A DNA stretch of 61,107 bases, filler included, from Nitrospinae bacterium RIFCSPLOWO2_12_FULL_45_22 (GCA_001803565.1; 5 parts of 5 records of this genome joined end to end with filler, not necessarily neighbours in it), one strand, 5' to 3'. Positions 1-11,052 are shown, numbered from the whole stretch's first letter. Translations and numbers: made by a program. The notes: a model not told the origin generated them from the sequence alone.

Positions 1-977
1 ATAGCAACGGGGGTTTTTTAGAGTTCCACAATGCCTGTGAGGCCAAGCTCCCTCATAACTATGTCCTCAAGCGAGTCAGGTTGGACAAGGGTTTCTTTGA
101 TGAGATAAACTTCCAATATTTTGAAGAGGCCACCACAGAATATGTCTGCAAGGCCCCCTTAAAAGAGAATCTAAAGAAGGTGGCCTTAGATATATCTGAC
201 TGGGAAGAGGTAAGCAATCGCCACAGTGTGGCCGAACGGATGCTCATCTTGCCTAGCTGGTCCAAACCGAGAAGGTTCATCTTTATCAGGGAGAAGATGG
301 ATCAGAATGGTCAGTTGTTGCTCCCAGGCCTCTATAAATACCAGGCTATTGTGACCAATATCGAGGACGAGACTTCCCTGGAGATATGGCAGGACTATAA
401 CCGAAGGGCCAGGATAGAAGGTACCATTGAGGAGCTTAAAGACGGCTTCGCCTGTGAGCAGATGAGTCAACATGAGATCAGAAGAAATCTGGCCTTTATG
501 GCGGTAAAGCTCATTGCTTACAACCTGCATAACTTCTTTAAGAAGGCCTTATTGCCGGATCATGCTAAGGGATGGAAGATCAAGACCTTAAGGATGGATT
601 TCCTCCGGGTCTCAGGAAATATCGTGGGTAATGGCCGTTACCGCCGGATTCGGTTAGCTGCCAATCGGTCCCTTATGGCTTTGGTCGAAGCAGTAAAGGC
701 CAATTTAGAACGGTTCCTTTGGCAGTGGTCTTATTGCTTGATTTATCACCGGGCCTGAACGCTCTGATTTTACTGAACAATTAGGGAAAAGGTAAAACTG
801 GCCAAAAGAGAGGGGTGGTTTGCCCAAAAAGGGCTCATTTTCGCCCTTTTTTCGCCTCGTTGGCTCTTCTTTGTATAAAAAGCGATACATGCCAAGTTAG
901 TTACTGAAAAAATGGATAAAAATTGGTAATTCTTGTCACCGGACCTCTCTTAGCTAAAATTACTTGCCGGTTTCAGG
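1..977 (+). mobile_element. Right part of IS1380-family insertion sequence
   Basis: Transposase plus candidate right end ...TGCCGGTTTCAGG at 965-977 (reverse complement CCTGAAACCGGCA, a CCT start as in IS1380-family ends). The left end is outside the window, so it cannot be matched. Confidence 0.6.
3..758 (+). CDS. IS1380-family DDE transposase, 5'-truncated by window start
   Basis: Frame is open from base 3 (SNGGFLEFH...VRLDKGFF, the R-x-D-x-G-F motif). YNRRARIEGTIEELK carries the Y-x2-R-x3-E-x6-K signature. C-terminal IKTLRMDFLRVSG matches the IS1380 tail. Confidence 0.85.
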   Translation, partial: SNGGFLEFHNACEAKLPHNYVLKRVRLDKGFFDEINFQYFEEATTEYVCKAPLKENLKKVALDISDWEEVSNRHSVAERMLILPSWSKPRRFIFIREKMDQNGQLLLPGLYKYQAIVTNIEDETSLEIWQDYNRRARIEGTIEELKDGFACEQMSQHEIRRNLAFMAVKLIAYNLHNFFKKALLPDHAKGWKIKTLRMDFLRVSGNIVGNGRYRRIRLAANRSLMALVEAVKANLERFLWQWSYCLIYHRA

Positions 978-1268
978 ATAAAAGTACTATTTCAGAAGAA
1001 CTCAAGGTTTTACGAAAAAAAGGCTTGATACCAAATCCAGAACTTGGTAAAATAAATTTCCAAATCGATAAAATCCACAAAAGGACATTAAAAAGATGCA
1101 ACTTCTGGAGAAATTGCTAAATGAATTTCCTCTCATGGCTAAAGCAGAAGAAAAGAAGATTGTGGAAGAAGCGTGAAGACAAGAATCTTCTATCTCGGAC
1201 TCTTCAGTTTTAATCCCAAAAAATTAATTAACCGATATCTTTCTTTATCTTTATAAAGAAGTTAAGAT

Positions 1269-2003
1269 ATGAAACTATTTAAGCTATATCCTCTCTTATT
1301 ATTTAGTATAATCATTCTAGCCTGTGCTACTGGAAGCTCAAGAGAATCTATTAAAGAGGATCGCCGACAAAAAGGCATTCCCGAATCCATATCACAACAA
1401 TGGCAGCGAGAACAAGAAGAACGGATAGTTAAAGTGGGCGAAAAACTCATTGAATTAGCTCCCAACGCCAAAGAGTTCACCTTTCATTTAGCGATTTCAA
1501 AGAAAGATAGCGGAGGAATAATTGACCCTGACTCTGTTAATGCTTGGACGAATGGGTGGCAAATTTTTGTGACCCGGGGGATGATGCGCTTTATTAAAAA
1601 TGATCATGAATTAGCTGTTATTCTCGGACATAAAATTTCCCATGCTAACAGCGTCTCAAGAAAAGTCGTAAAAAGAAATATTGTTGATTACATACAGACT
1701 ATAGCATTTGCAACTGTGGGAATTCCTCCTATTTGGAATACACCGCCAATAGACCCCTCTACGATGAAATTTAACCACGGTGAAGAGAAAAAAAGCGATT
1801 ATGAAGGCCTACAATGGGCTTACAAAGCGGGATATGATATTTCTGGAGGTCCTGCTTTATGGGAACGTTTCTTCACTCAGATACCGGGTTCAGTAAAAGG
1901 TGGATTCCTGTCATCCCATCCCTGGTCAACAGAACGTTTTTTGCACATGCAAGAAATCATCCGTGAATTAACCCAAGCTTCTAGTTCCGGATCAGGAGAA
2001 TGA
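1269..2003 (+). CDS. M48-family metallopeptidase lipoprotein with degenerate zinc motif (HKISH)
   Basis: Lipobox ILAC, VNAW, TRGMM, ELAVILGHKISH, EKKSDYEG, AGYD, FLSSHPWSTER. Confidence 0.85.
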   Translation: MKLFKLYPLLLFSIIILACATGSSRESIKEDRRQKGIPESISQQWQREQEERIVKVGEKLIELAPNAKEFTFHLAISKKDSGGIIDPDSVNAWTNGWQIFVTRGMMRFIKNDHELAVILGHKISHANSVSRKVVKRNIVDYIQTIAFATVGIPPIWNTPPIDPSTMKFNHGEEKKSDYEGLQWAYKAGYDISGGPALWERFFTQIPGSVKGGFLSSHPWSTERFLHMQEIIRELTQASSSGSGE

Positions 2004-2637
2004 ATTTTTTGGATTTGGATTTTTGATAAAACTTGTAGATTGGTTGATCAAAGACCCAATTAATATTTTCAATCAAAATTTCGGAACATTCGGGCCGAAG
2101 GGAGGAAAGATTATAAAAAGAATATAAGATAAATCAAGGAATTACCGTCATGAATCAGGGAACCCCAAGTCCTTTAGTAGACCGAATGTCATATGAGATA
2201 TAGAAGGTGATGTTATTCTAGGGGGATATGTTGTCAAAGTATGAATAGGGTCAAATATTCTTGTATCCTTCGATAGCTGAAAAATTGCTTTTTTCTGCTT
2301 ATGCACTTGACTTTCCTAATCGTTCCTTACACACAAGATATACGATCTATATGTTTCCAAAATACCATATGCTGAAGCAACTTCAGTCAAGCGCATAAAG
2401 CAAGTAATTTTTTATTGACAAATTTTCTACCTTATGTTAGGAAAGCAGTAAGTGTTTAGGGTGGAGATAAAAGAAAATGAAACTAGATTAACAGTTTTCT
2501 ATTTATATCATACCTGAATTTGGAATAAGTTTTCCTTTTAATTTTTTGGAGTGTTGAGATTTCCAACTGACTTTATTGATGGAGGATGTGAAAAAGGTTT
2601 TTAGTATAGTAGCCTTTAAAAGAGGGAGGGAGGTTTT

Positions 2638-3877
2638 ATGTACCGTCTTTATAATGGTTTACTAATTCTTCTTTTTGGACTCTGTATAGCGGCGATTTGC
2701 GTCAATCTTGGTACTGCTTGGGCTTGGGAGAGCGACACTGCCGCAGACCTAAGTCGAGCCATTCTTTTGGAATGAGATACTTACGGATCAGACCAATGGC
2801 TCTGCCGCAGACAGCGTGAATATCAGTGACATACCGGGCGCGGAGCTGCCGTCTCTCGACTCATCGAGCTTAGAGCCACCCCCGGTGGGGAAAGCTTCCC
2901 GGACATCTGTGCCTTTAGCTCTCCTTGATGATAACAGAAAAAACTGGCTCGTTCCAGTGAGTAGCAAAAGTAATCGTATGATGGTCACCATGTCTGGTTG
3001 GGACTCTGTCGGACGAAATTTAGTGTATACGGGATTAAAACTGGACCCCACTGTAAACGAAATCATTCATATCCCCAAAAGCTATCAAGCCGGCAAAATT
3101 TACTTCCTTGAGCTCCAGAGCAAAGGGATAAAGGTTACTGTGCTTGACCCTAAACAAGTAGCTTCAATGGGGGGACCACTTCCATATCTTGAAAACCGTA
3201 AGCTCAGTGGTGGTGGCGGTAACTTTATTCTAAATATAGATAATGATGCATCCCGGAAAAATTTCTTTTATAAAGGGCCATCTGAGATCAAATGGGGAGA
3301 AGAACAGCTTACCAGTTGGGAGCCCGCTTATAGAAGTGTATATAAGGGCAAGGTAATCACTATGTCACAATCCTATGCGAATGCCTCTGTTGCAAATGCG
3401 ATATTAAAAGATGGTTTGTCGGTTGATGGTACTTTTATGTTTTCCTCACAGGCCAGTAGGAATACATTAAACATGATTGGAGAAAAAAACAGGCTTTTTG
3501 TAGGGAATACTTTTGGTGATATAGGTCCAGGTAAGTTTGATGGCCTTACTAAATTTAATTGGACTTTTTCAACAAACAATGCCATTGGAAGAAGGATAAG
3601 TAATCCCCACAGTGCTACAATAATTCCTGAGAATCTAGAATCCACTTTCATTGGAGTGAGAGGAGGTCCATCTTTCGAAATTAGCTCCGGAAACAAGGGT
3701 ATCCTCCCTGGGGGCATATACGTTCCCTCTTCTATGCCATCGGTTAACTTTGTCTCAGGTAGCTTTCGTTTGATAGATATATATAGAACGGAATATATGA
3801 ACATGCTGCAAATCCCTAACCAGTATAATTTTAATTATAATAGGGAGATGCTACAGTTAAGGAGAAATATCCCTTAG
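2638..3877 (+). pseudogene. Exported hypothetical protein split by a frameshift near 2750-2775
   Basis: GGAGG RBS and ATG 2638 give a signal peptide (MYRLYNGLLILLFGLCIAAICVNLGTAWA) that stops at 2775. The next frame is open from about 2762 (FFWNEILTDQ...) into the 2816-3877 ORF. Confidence 0.6.
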
Positions 3878-3888
3878 GTCTCCGATCC

Positions 3889-4704
3889 ATGTTACAACCG
3901 TACAGCTTTCCAGCCCGGGTCACTGATGATCGAGTTGGCTCAACGTTCGCGTGTGGAAGGAATGCACACCTGCAGAGGTGCCGACTTTGGTCCCGAGCTT
4001 TATGTCCGTTTGTATTATTGTTTATTCTAGTAGGCTGCGGTGCGGGCAGGCAGGAGTCCTCGGCACGAATCACGCGAGTGATATCCCCATGTGAGACCGT
4101 CCGCGATGAGCTTGACGCCGTGGTGACAGCAGTTCGAAAAGGAAGAGGCGAAGTTGCAGAGAATCAGCTTAAGAAGGCAGTGGCTCGCGCCCCAGTTTGC
4201 GCGCGAGCACATCTCCTGCTGGCTATGGTATTGCGCGAAAAAGGCAAGCTTACAAGTGCGCTGGAAGAGGCAAACGAAGCAGCACGCTTGGCGCCTGGCG
4301 ACGCAGTAATTCTGAACCTGATCGGAAATATACATGCTGCTATGGCGGCTAGCACGGGAAATCCACAGGAAGCGCTGGAGGAACTCACTATTGCCCGAAT
4401 CACTTATGCGGCCGCTATCAATATCGGCAATCCTGACATTCAATTTTCCAGCATGATCGGACTTCTAGGGATCTATCTGGAGCAAGAGCGGTTGCTTCGC
4501 CGCATCGGGAAACATACCGAGGCAGATGTGCTGCGCGTGGAAATCCAGGCATTTATTAAGGATAATCCCCGAACGAGCAAGACTCTCGAAATCTATGAGC
4601 TGCGCAATCCAACTGCTGTCCCTGTCCGAGTTGATGATCCGATGCACCCCAAGCCTGGCAAACGCACAGAACGACTGAGGCAAACCTTGGAAGGTACGAA
4701 ATGA
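3889..4704 (+). CDS. TPR-repeat lipoprotein (start uncertain, probably downstream of 3889)
   Basis: Lipobox LLFILVGC. TPR-like helices AHLLLAMVLREKGKLTSALEEANEAARLAP and AVILNLIGNIH. Confidence 0.7.
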   Translation: MLQPYSFPARVTDDRVGSTFACGRNAHLQRCRLWSRALCPFVLLFILVGCGAGRQESSARITRVISPCETVRDELDAVVTAVRKGRGEVAENQLKKAVARAPVCARAHLLLAMVLREKGKLTSALEEANEAARLAPGDAVILNLIGNIHAAMAASTGNPQEALEELTIARITYAAAINIGNPDIQFSSMIGLLGIYLEQERLLRRIGKHTEADVLRVEIQAFIKDNPRTSKTLEIYELRNPTAVPVRVDDPMHPKPGKRTERLRQTLEGTK

Positions 4705-4777
4705 GGATACCACTAACGATCGTTATGGAAACTCCGGGCCGGATAGTTTGAATAACAGGACCATAAGCAGATTTATC

Positions 4778-5377
4778 ATGAAAAAGAAGAGGATTATCAT
4801 ACTAATACTGGTGATAGTTATGCTTGGAGGCAGGGTGTCATCGGCCTACGCAAACCCTTATTTATTGCTTGCCCCCATCCTATTTGTGAAAACGATGCTA
4901 AGCGTCTTTGGTCTGATTGGTACTACAAAAGAGGTTGTTAATTTTATTGCATCGAACCCGCCCGGTATTGATGTGCCCCTCATGCGGGAAGATATAGTAT
5001 CGGCGCCGGTTGATCATGTATGGGAAATGCTCCTGAGCTATGTGCAGCGCTGTGGCTATGATGTCCACGTGGCCGCTAAACAGAGTGGTGCGCTCAGTTT
5101 TGGCTTCAGCATCAGTCCCGATGGTGACTACACAATGTCTTTGTACCCCGATAGCAGCGACGTGTGGACCGAGTGGGAAGGTTGGGAAGTGGAATATAAT
5201 GCTAAACTATACGTGACAGTATTTGTCAACCCTATTGGTCCCGGACGCACAAAGGTTAGCGTATGTTCACTGGCCCGGGTCCTCGGAAAGTACAAAAATG
5301 ATGTTTATAACATAGGATGGCGGGGGTCGAGCGGCCGCATAGAGCGCGAGGTACTCAATGCAGCAAGGGGTAGTTAG
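4778..5377 (+). CDS. Exported hypothetical protein, C-terminal DUF3568/BamC-like alpha/beta domain
   Basis: Signal peptide MKKKRIIILILVIVMLGGRVSSAYA. Pattern APVDHVW...TVFVNPIGPGRTKVSV...SSGRIEREVL. Confidence 0.6.
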   Translation: MKKKRIIILILVIVMLGGRVSSAYANPYLLLAPILFVKTMLSVFGLIGTTKEVVNFIASNPPGIDVPLMREDIVSAPVDHVWEMLLSYVQRCGYDVHVAAKQSGALSFGFSISPDGDYTMSLYPDSSDVWTEWEGWEVEYNAKLYVTVFVNPIGPGRTKVSVCSLARVLGKYKNDVYNIGWRGSSGRIEREVLNAARGS

Positions 5378-5926
5378 CAATGGCAACATCATAGTAGGAC
5401 TAGTGCTTTTGACTGTGCTCATCCTATGCAATGTTTGTAGTCTGAAGCCACATAGTGCTTTTGTTTGGGAGGACCCGTTCGGTCATTGCAGCAGCCGCAT
5501 GATTACTAGCGAAACAACAGTTGATAAGATAGTTCCTTTGGCGCCGGAGGAAGCCTGGGCAGCGGCCGTAACAGCGGCTGGGCGAAATGGCATCGTAAGT
5601 GAACTCATGGAGCGGGAGAGAACGGTCGCCTTTTTCGACGAGGATTTCTACTGCCAGGTAATTAAGCTCGCTCCGGTAGGAGAACGAACCCGGGTGNNNN
5701 NNNNNNNNNNNNNNNNNNNNNNNNNNNNNNNNNNNNNNNNNNNNNNNNNNNNNNNNNNCGGGTGATCATAATGGGTGCCCGTATGAAGGGGTTTCGGCTC
5801 CCACAAGAACCGCGAGATCTAACCCATCGCCCTGCCCGTATACTTGAAGCGTTATTGCAGGAGAGATTAGGAGAGAAGAAATGGTTAGATATCCTCAGAT
5901 CGCCAGTCCCATCGCGTTTGCCTTAG
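5358..5926 (+). CDS. Exported hypothetical protein, DUF3568-like, spanning an N gap
   Basis: Hydrophobic N-terminus and LAPEEAWAAA...KLAPVGERTRV. Both gap flanks read CGGGTG; merging them continues the frame (IIMGAR...GEKKWLDIL...) to TAG 5924-5926. Confidence 0.5.
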
Positions 5927-6705
5927 TGATCTTTTGCTTTCCGGCAGTGTATGCTGCCTCGCCAGAGATGGAGTGCTATGGTCATCTCACCGATGCACAG
6001 CTCACTGCTACCGTCCTCACACTTGAGAACGAACAGGTACGGGAGAACCTCCGCGCGATGGGCAGCCGAATAGAGGCAGGATGCAAGAGCGTGCCGATGC
6101 CATGTACTTACCGCGTGATCGTCGATCCGACCATAAATGCCCTCTCAGCACCGCCCTGCTATATATATATCACTACTGGGCTCCTTGATTTCGTGGAAAA
6201 CAAGGACGAGTTGGCAGGGATTATCGCGCATGAGCTTATCCATATCCGTGAAAACCATGCGGAAAAAAGCTTCTTCCGGACGAAGGTAGCTCGTGGCGGG
6301 GACATCGCTGTTATCACAGGCGCTGCTCAAGCAGCCGGGATCATGGCGGAAAAGGCCGTCCCGTTCCTGGGACTAACACCCGCAGGGATAATCCTCAAAG
6401 AGGTGGGAGGTTGGATAGCAGGTCAGGCTGCCGCCGGCTTGGCCGCTGAGGCTGCTACTCCACTAGGTCGGGCAGTTGCCGTTTACATCTACAAGAGCTA
6501 CTCTCACAACCAGGAATTTGCGGCCGATGCGATGGGTGCAAGATGTGCAGCGGCTATGGGATATAATAAAAAAGCGTTGATCGGTTTCTTCGAAAGGCTA
6601 GAGACCCTACCGAAGAATTCATTGGAATTCAATGTGCCAAGCCATTTCTTAAAAGATAGCCCATCTCTAGCCGAGCGGCGACGTAAGCTTGAGACCCTGC
6701 GATGA
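5881..6705 (+). CDS. M48-family zinc metallopeptidase, exported
   Basis: INA, YITTGLL, ELAGIIAHELIH (HExxH), QEFAAD, MGYN; signal peptide ending VYA. Confidence 0.9.
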   Translation: MVRYPQIASPIAFALVIFCFPAVYAASPEMECYGHLTDAQLTATVLTLENEQVRENLRAMGSRIEAGCKSVPMPCTYRVIVDPTINALSAPPCYIYITTGLLDFVENKDELAGIIAHELIHIRENHAEKSFFRTKVARGGDIAVITGAAQAAGIMAEKAVPFLGLTPAGIILKEVGGWIAGQAAAGLAAEAATPLGRAVAVYIYKSYSHNQEFAADAMGARCAAAMGYNKKALIGFFERLETLPKNSLEFNVPSHFLKDSPSLAERRRKLETLR

Positions 6706-6854
6706 CCGTGTATGCTCGGGATTTGCGAATGCTTCCTTTGTGCCCGAAGCGGAAAGGGAGGAATATTTATTAACGAAACATTGGCTAACACTGCATGAAA
6801 AACTGATGTCCAAACCCTTTCGGGCCTCATTTGTACCGGTACCGTTAGCTGAAA

Positions 6855-8159
6855 TTGCGAACAGAGAAAGGAGGCGACCCACTGAAAAATATCTTTAATT
6901 CTGATCAATGGATTCAGGCAGTGCTGGTACTTTTACTTACGGCTGGATGTGCCACTACTCCTAATGCACTATTGGAATCAGATGCGGTGGTAGCAACATC
7001 AGTGAAGCTGAGTGGACCATCGGGGTTGGCGATAGATGATGCGGGGAATTTGTATATCGCGGACACTAAGAACCACCGGATCCTAAAGGTAACAACTGGA
7101 GGTATGATTAGCACGGTTGCAGGTACAGGAAGGCGGAGTGCGTGGGATTGGCGGCAGGGCGGCTTCAGTGGAGACGGCGGCCCGGCAATCTCGGGAGAAC
7201 TGAATCAGCCATCTGGGTTGGCGGTAGATGGTGCAGGGAATCTGTATATCGCAGACAGCGGCAACAACCGGATCCGGAAGGTAACACCCACAGGTATGAT
7301 CAGCACGATTGCGGGCACTGGAAAAGGAGGCTTCAGCGGGGATAGAGGACCGGCAACTTCGGCGAAACTGAATAAACCATTTGGCGTGGCGATAGATAGT
7401 GCGGGAAGCCTGTATATCGCAGATACTTATAACCTCCGGATACGGAAAGTATCCCCCATAGGCGTAATCAGCACAGTGGCGGGCATTGGAAAAGGAGGTT
7501 TCAACGGGGATGGAGGGCAGGCGACTTCGGCGAAACTGACGCCATTTGCTGTGGCTGTGGATGGTGCAGGGAACCTGTATGTCGCGGACTTTTTCAACTG
7601 CCTGGTCCGGAAGGTAAATCCGGCAGGCGTGATCAACACAGTGGCGGGCAACGGGACGTATGGCTTCAGTGGGGACGGTGGACCAGCAACGTTAGCACAA
7701 CTATCTAATCCGACTGGTGTATCGGTGGATAAATTGGGGAATGTGTATATCATGGATCAGAACAACCACTGGATCAGGAAGGTAAACCCAGAAGGTAGGA
7801 TCAGCTCGGTGGTGTACCGCAACGAAACTCCTATAGGGCAATGGGCTGATCCCTTGCTAATAGCGTGGACGAGTGGTATAACTATGGATGGTGAAGGGAA
7901 CCTGTACTTCACTAGCGATGCCGGCAACAGTATACAGAATCTATCTAGACCACAGGGCGGAATTGCTACAGGAGGGACCTCAGGCTTAGTAATAAGTACA
8001 GTTCACAATATAGCTGCGGGCATATGGTATGGCAGGATTGGGATGGACAATCGATCGGTTAAATTCATCTCGTATAATAACAATCTATGGATCGAGAAGA
8101 TGACACCTACGGGTGCTATCAGCACCATGGCTGGCCTAGTCCAATCCAAGGTGAATTGA
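6855..8159 (+). CDS. NHL-repeat beta-propeller lipoprotein
   Basis: Lipobox LTAGC and about five 56-aa repeats (P-x-G-(L/V)AVD-x-x-GNLYIAD-x-x-N-x-RIRKV...GFSGDGGPA). AAGGAGG precedes an in-frame CTG at 6882, a possible true start. Confidence 0.9.
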   Translation: MRTEKGGDPLKNIFNSDQWIQAVLVLLLTAGCATTPNALLESDAVVATSVKLSGPSGLAIDDAGNLYIADTKNHRILKVTTGGMISTVAGTGRRSAWDWRQGGFSGDGGPAISGELNQPSGLAVDGAGNLYIADSGNNRIRKVTPTGMISTIAGTGKGGFSGDRGPATSAKLNKPFGVAIDSAGSLYIADTYNLRIRKVSPIGVISTVAGIGKGGFNGDGGQATSAKLTPFAVAVDGAGNLYVADFFNCLVRKVNPAGVINTVAGNGTYGFSGDGGPATLAQLSNPTGVSVDKLGNVYIMDQNNHWIRKVNPEGRISSVVYRNETPIGQWADPLLIAWTSGITMDGEGNLYFTSDAGNSIQNLSRPQGGIATGGTSGLVISTVHNIAAGIWYGRIGMDNRSVKFISYNNNLWIEKMTPTGAISTMAGLVQSKVN

Positions 8160-8302
8160 TAGTTACAGGTAGAAGATATGATAGCATAACTATTAACGAG
8201 TTTCTTCAAGATAAACCTATTTTCATGCTTCGTGGCGCCCCGTGGGTGCAGGAGGGTTTATCTTGTATTAATGTCTACCTTTAAGTAGACGAGGAGGTTT
8301 AG

Positions 8303-9631
8303 ATGAGAACGATATGGGTGGCTATATTAGCAGTTCTCGTCGTAGGGTGCGCGTTACAGGTGCCACATATACCATTTGCGACGCTCTTTGAAGAGGGACA
8401 TCCGATTGTCGCTAACGCTGGTTCTCCTTCCACAGCCGGTAATAACCTCAGCGGTGGATCAGTTATAGACCCAACACCACTATGGCCAGTAACTTCATCT
8501 TCGCTCGACGTTACGCGAATCCTGTTACTGCCACCGATCCCACCTCTGGAAGCACCAGTCACAGCGGTTGATATAGCATTCGAGATGGCAGCCGAGACTT
8601 TGGTGCTACCGACGCTCAGTACTATGTGGTCTCGTCCTTATGTTCCTGGGCTTTCTCTCTATGAACAAGCTATGACCCGACTCTCCGAACGCCTTTACAT
8701 TGTCCCAGGCGCGCGGGTCACTGGAGGGTACACACCGCTCGGAGTACCCATTGAGCGAAGCATAGTTGGGCTCTCTCCGCAAGTTCCTGTTTCTCCATCC
8801 GAGCGTACTTTCCGTTTCGCTGACCGGGTAGAGAATTTTGTGTTCTCCGAACGTGGGATTGGTCGTGTCGCCGATAGCATCGCGCTTGGCAGCAATGTTG
8901 CCGATTTCATCCATTCGATGCCAAGCGAGCCTATCCACCCTAATATAACCTTGGAGGAAAGCCTGGCGCTTTCCAGGTGGGGGGGGGAAGGCATAGCGCT
9001 TGTGCCAGAAGCCGTAACGACTATTGCAGGTATACCGAATATTTGGGGACCATCGATAGCGATTGGAACGGCGGTCATCAACAGCTATTGGAGGTTTACC
9101 GGTAACCTGATGACCGCAAACAATCAGATGCTCCAAACAAACTTGATCGGACAAGCGTTTGCAGCAAGCCCTGTATATGGGGCACAGATGCTTCAGCGCC
9201 TCCAGATCCCCAGAAGTTTCGAACTCACGGTGCCAAATTTTGCGCTGGTATACAGTGGTAGGTTTATCGATTCAACTTCCTTCTGGAAGCGAGGCCCGCT
9301 GATTTTCTCGCTTCCCGGCATCGAGCTTGGAGGATACCACTTCCAGTCAACTATGACGACCCATATGTCTGTAGGTTCCGGATCGTTTTTCCAAGGTCCC
9401 GTTTTACATCGCCCTTTCACTCTGGGAGGCCTACAACCTATACAAGGCCTGTCGCCTGATTTTGCTCGGATGCTACTAGGCGGCCCTGTAATGTGGGGCG
9501 ATTTCTCACGTGTTATGGGTTTATCGATGTCAGGATATGATGCAGTGAAGTTTCTTAATACGAACTCGAACTGGACGGAGCAGATGCTCCGATTCCAAGA
9601 CCTGCAAGTCCCCCGGGTGTCTGTGCCGTAG
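8303..9631 (+). CDS. Hypothetical lipoprotein
   Basis: GAGGAGG RBS, lipobox LVVGC, 442-aa ORF co-oriented with cluster; no recognised domain. Confidence 0.7.
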   Translation: MRTIWVAILAVLVVGCALQVPHIPFATLFEEGHPIVANAGSPSTAGNNLSGGSVIDPTPLWPVTSSSLDVTRILLLPPIPPLEAPVTAVDIAFEMAAETLVLPTLSTMWSRPYVPGLSLYEQAMTRLSERLYIVPGARVTGGYTPLGVPIERSIVGLSPQVPVSPSERTFRFADRVENFVFSERGIGRVADSIALGSNVADFIHSMPSEPIHPNITLEESLALSRWGGEGIALVPEAVTTIAGIPNIWGPSIAIGTAVINSYWRFTGNLMTANNQMLQTNLIGQAFAASPVYGAQMLQRLQIPRSFELTVPNFALVYSGRFIDSTSFWKRGPLIFSLPGIELGGYHFQSTMTTHMSVGSGSFFQGPVLHRPFTLGGLQPIQGLSPDFARMLLGGPVMWGDFSRVMGLSMSGYDAVKFLNTNSNWTEQMLRFQDLQVPRVSVP

Positions 9632-9693
9632 AACATGGTCTAGGGTGATTATATGTAATGCTCTAAAAAGAGTGTTTTAAAGGGAGGTTCAGT

Positions 9694-10620
9694 ATGTTGA
9701 AGAGGACATATGGGGGGCAAGTGTTTCTCCTTTTTAAAGCCATCTGTCTAACAGCTTCTTTATTTTATTCCAATCTGGTTTTTGCAGAGACGGGAGAAAT
9801 TGATCCTGAGGAGCAGCGCATTGGCTACTTCGTGGATTATTTCACAACTCGTGTGCATGGGAAGATTACAGATGAGCAAATCACGAGACCTATCAAGAAG
9901 CTCGTAGAAGATATCGTGCGCGCTACAGAAAAGCCTGATATGAGTTTCACAGTCCGGGTTTTAAACGACCCTTTGTATGTGAATGCTTCCGTGGCGCCTG
10001 GTGGTTATATTTACGTGGGTAGAGGCCTACTAGACATGTTATCACGCATACAGTCTGAGATGAACGTTGATCCAAGGGATGAGTTGGCTGCCGTTTTAGC
10101 GCATGAGGTGGCTCACGGAATTCATGACCATCCCATATCGACCATACGGCGATTGAAGCGATTAGGTGATATTACACAAGGGTTACGAACTATTGGAACC
10201 ATAGGCGGTCTTGCTGCTGGTGCAATGGCCGGCTATTCACTGGGCACGAGTGCGACAAGTGGGCTCTATGGTTCCACACAAGAATTTTACACAGATATGC
10301 TGACGAGGATAGGAGCAGGTATGGGCATCTCGTTAGGGAATGCTTTTATTGGGTCTACGAGCAAAATGATAGCAATTCTCCTTCATCAAGGGTTCAGTCG
10401 CAACTACGAAAGAGATGCGGACCAGCAGGGGATAAAGTATCTCAGTCTGGCAGGATACGATCCCAAAGCGGTCATCTCGCTCTATCAGAAATTCGACAGG
10501 GTAAAGAGAATGGCACAGAGAAATACAGAGCATGTTCATCATTTTTTGTCTAGTGAATATACCTTGGCAGAGAGAATAAAATATGTTTCTAGACAAGTTC
10601 TTGGCTCTGCGGGAAAATGA
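9694..10620 (+). CDS. M48-family zinc metallopeptidase, exported
   Basis: VNASVAPGGYIYVGRGLL, ELAAVLAHEVAH, FSRNYERDAD, AGYDP; GGAGG RBS. Confidence 0.92.
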   Translation: MLKRTYGGQVFLLFKAICLTASLFYSNLVFAETGEIDPEEQRIGYFVDYFTTRVHGKITDEQITRPIKKLVEDIVRATEKPDMSFTVRVLNDPLYVNASVAPGGYIYVGRGLLDMLSRIQSEMNVDPRDELAAVLAHEVAHGIHDHPISTIRRLKRLGDITQGLRTIGTIGGLAAGAMAGYSLGTSATSGLYGSTQEFYTDMLTRIGAGMGISLGNAFIGSTSKMIAILLHQGFSRNYERDADQQGIKYLSLAGYDPKAVISLYQKFDRVKRMAQRNTEHVHHFLSSEYTLAERIKYVSRQVLGSAGK

Positions 10621-11048
10621 GTCTGCTAATGACTAAATCGATCTTGTTATCCGTGGTTGTCTGCTTAGGGTGTTCCGCTTGCGCCACTTCTCCGTCTCAA
10701 TCTCAACGGTATCCCAGTGGGGAGGTTCCCGTGGCAACGAGCGAGCCAAAGAAGGTTGTTCTCCCTTTGCCTCATAAAGAGGTTTGGACAGCCATAGTAA
10801 GAATGATTCTGTTCGAAGGAGGCAAGATTCAATCCCTTCAAAAGGACAGAAGATTTATTGCATGTGATATGGTGGTGCCCGCTATTGGCATCGTTTTTGT
10901 GAAAGTGGAAGTGCAAGAGAGCGATAGGGGAACTGTACTTGGAGTTACAGCAGCAAGTAAGACACCACCATCCATGGATGTTTCAGAAGTCGTCCTTGAA
11001 AAACTCAAAATAGCCGTAGTACCAACCAAATACGAATGGCTCAAGTAG
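10617..11048 (+). CDS. Small lipoprotein, DUF3568-like
   Basis: ATGA overlap with the M48 gene; lipobox LGC/SAC; LPHKEVWTAIV...VKVEVQESDRGTVLGV. Confidence 0.65.
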   Translation: MSLLMTKSILLSVVVCLGCSACATSPSQSQRYPSGEVPVATSEPKKVVLPLPHKEVWTAIVRMILFEGGKIQSLQKDRRFIACDMVVPAIGIVFVKVEVQESDRGTVLGVTAASKTPPSMDVSEVVLEKLKIAVVPTKYEWLK

Positions 11049-11052
11049 AACT

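Noticed and set aside
923-1177. 65-aa ORF after the IS1380 end
   Set aside because: Spans the IS boundary; at most a remnant of an interrupted gene with no recognisable family
2415-2443. Sigma70 promoter (TTGACA), likewise at 37073
   Set aside because: The -10 matches at correct spacing are weak; not supportable
7010-7810. About 168-bp periodic DNA repeats
   Set aside because: Explained by NHL protein repeats
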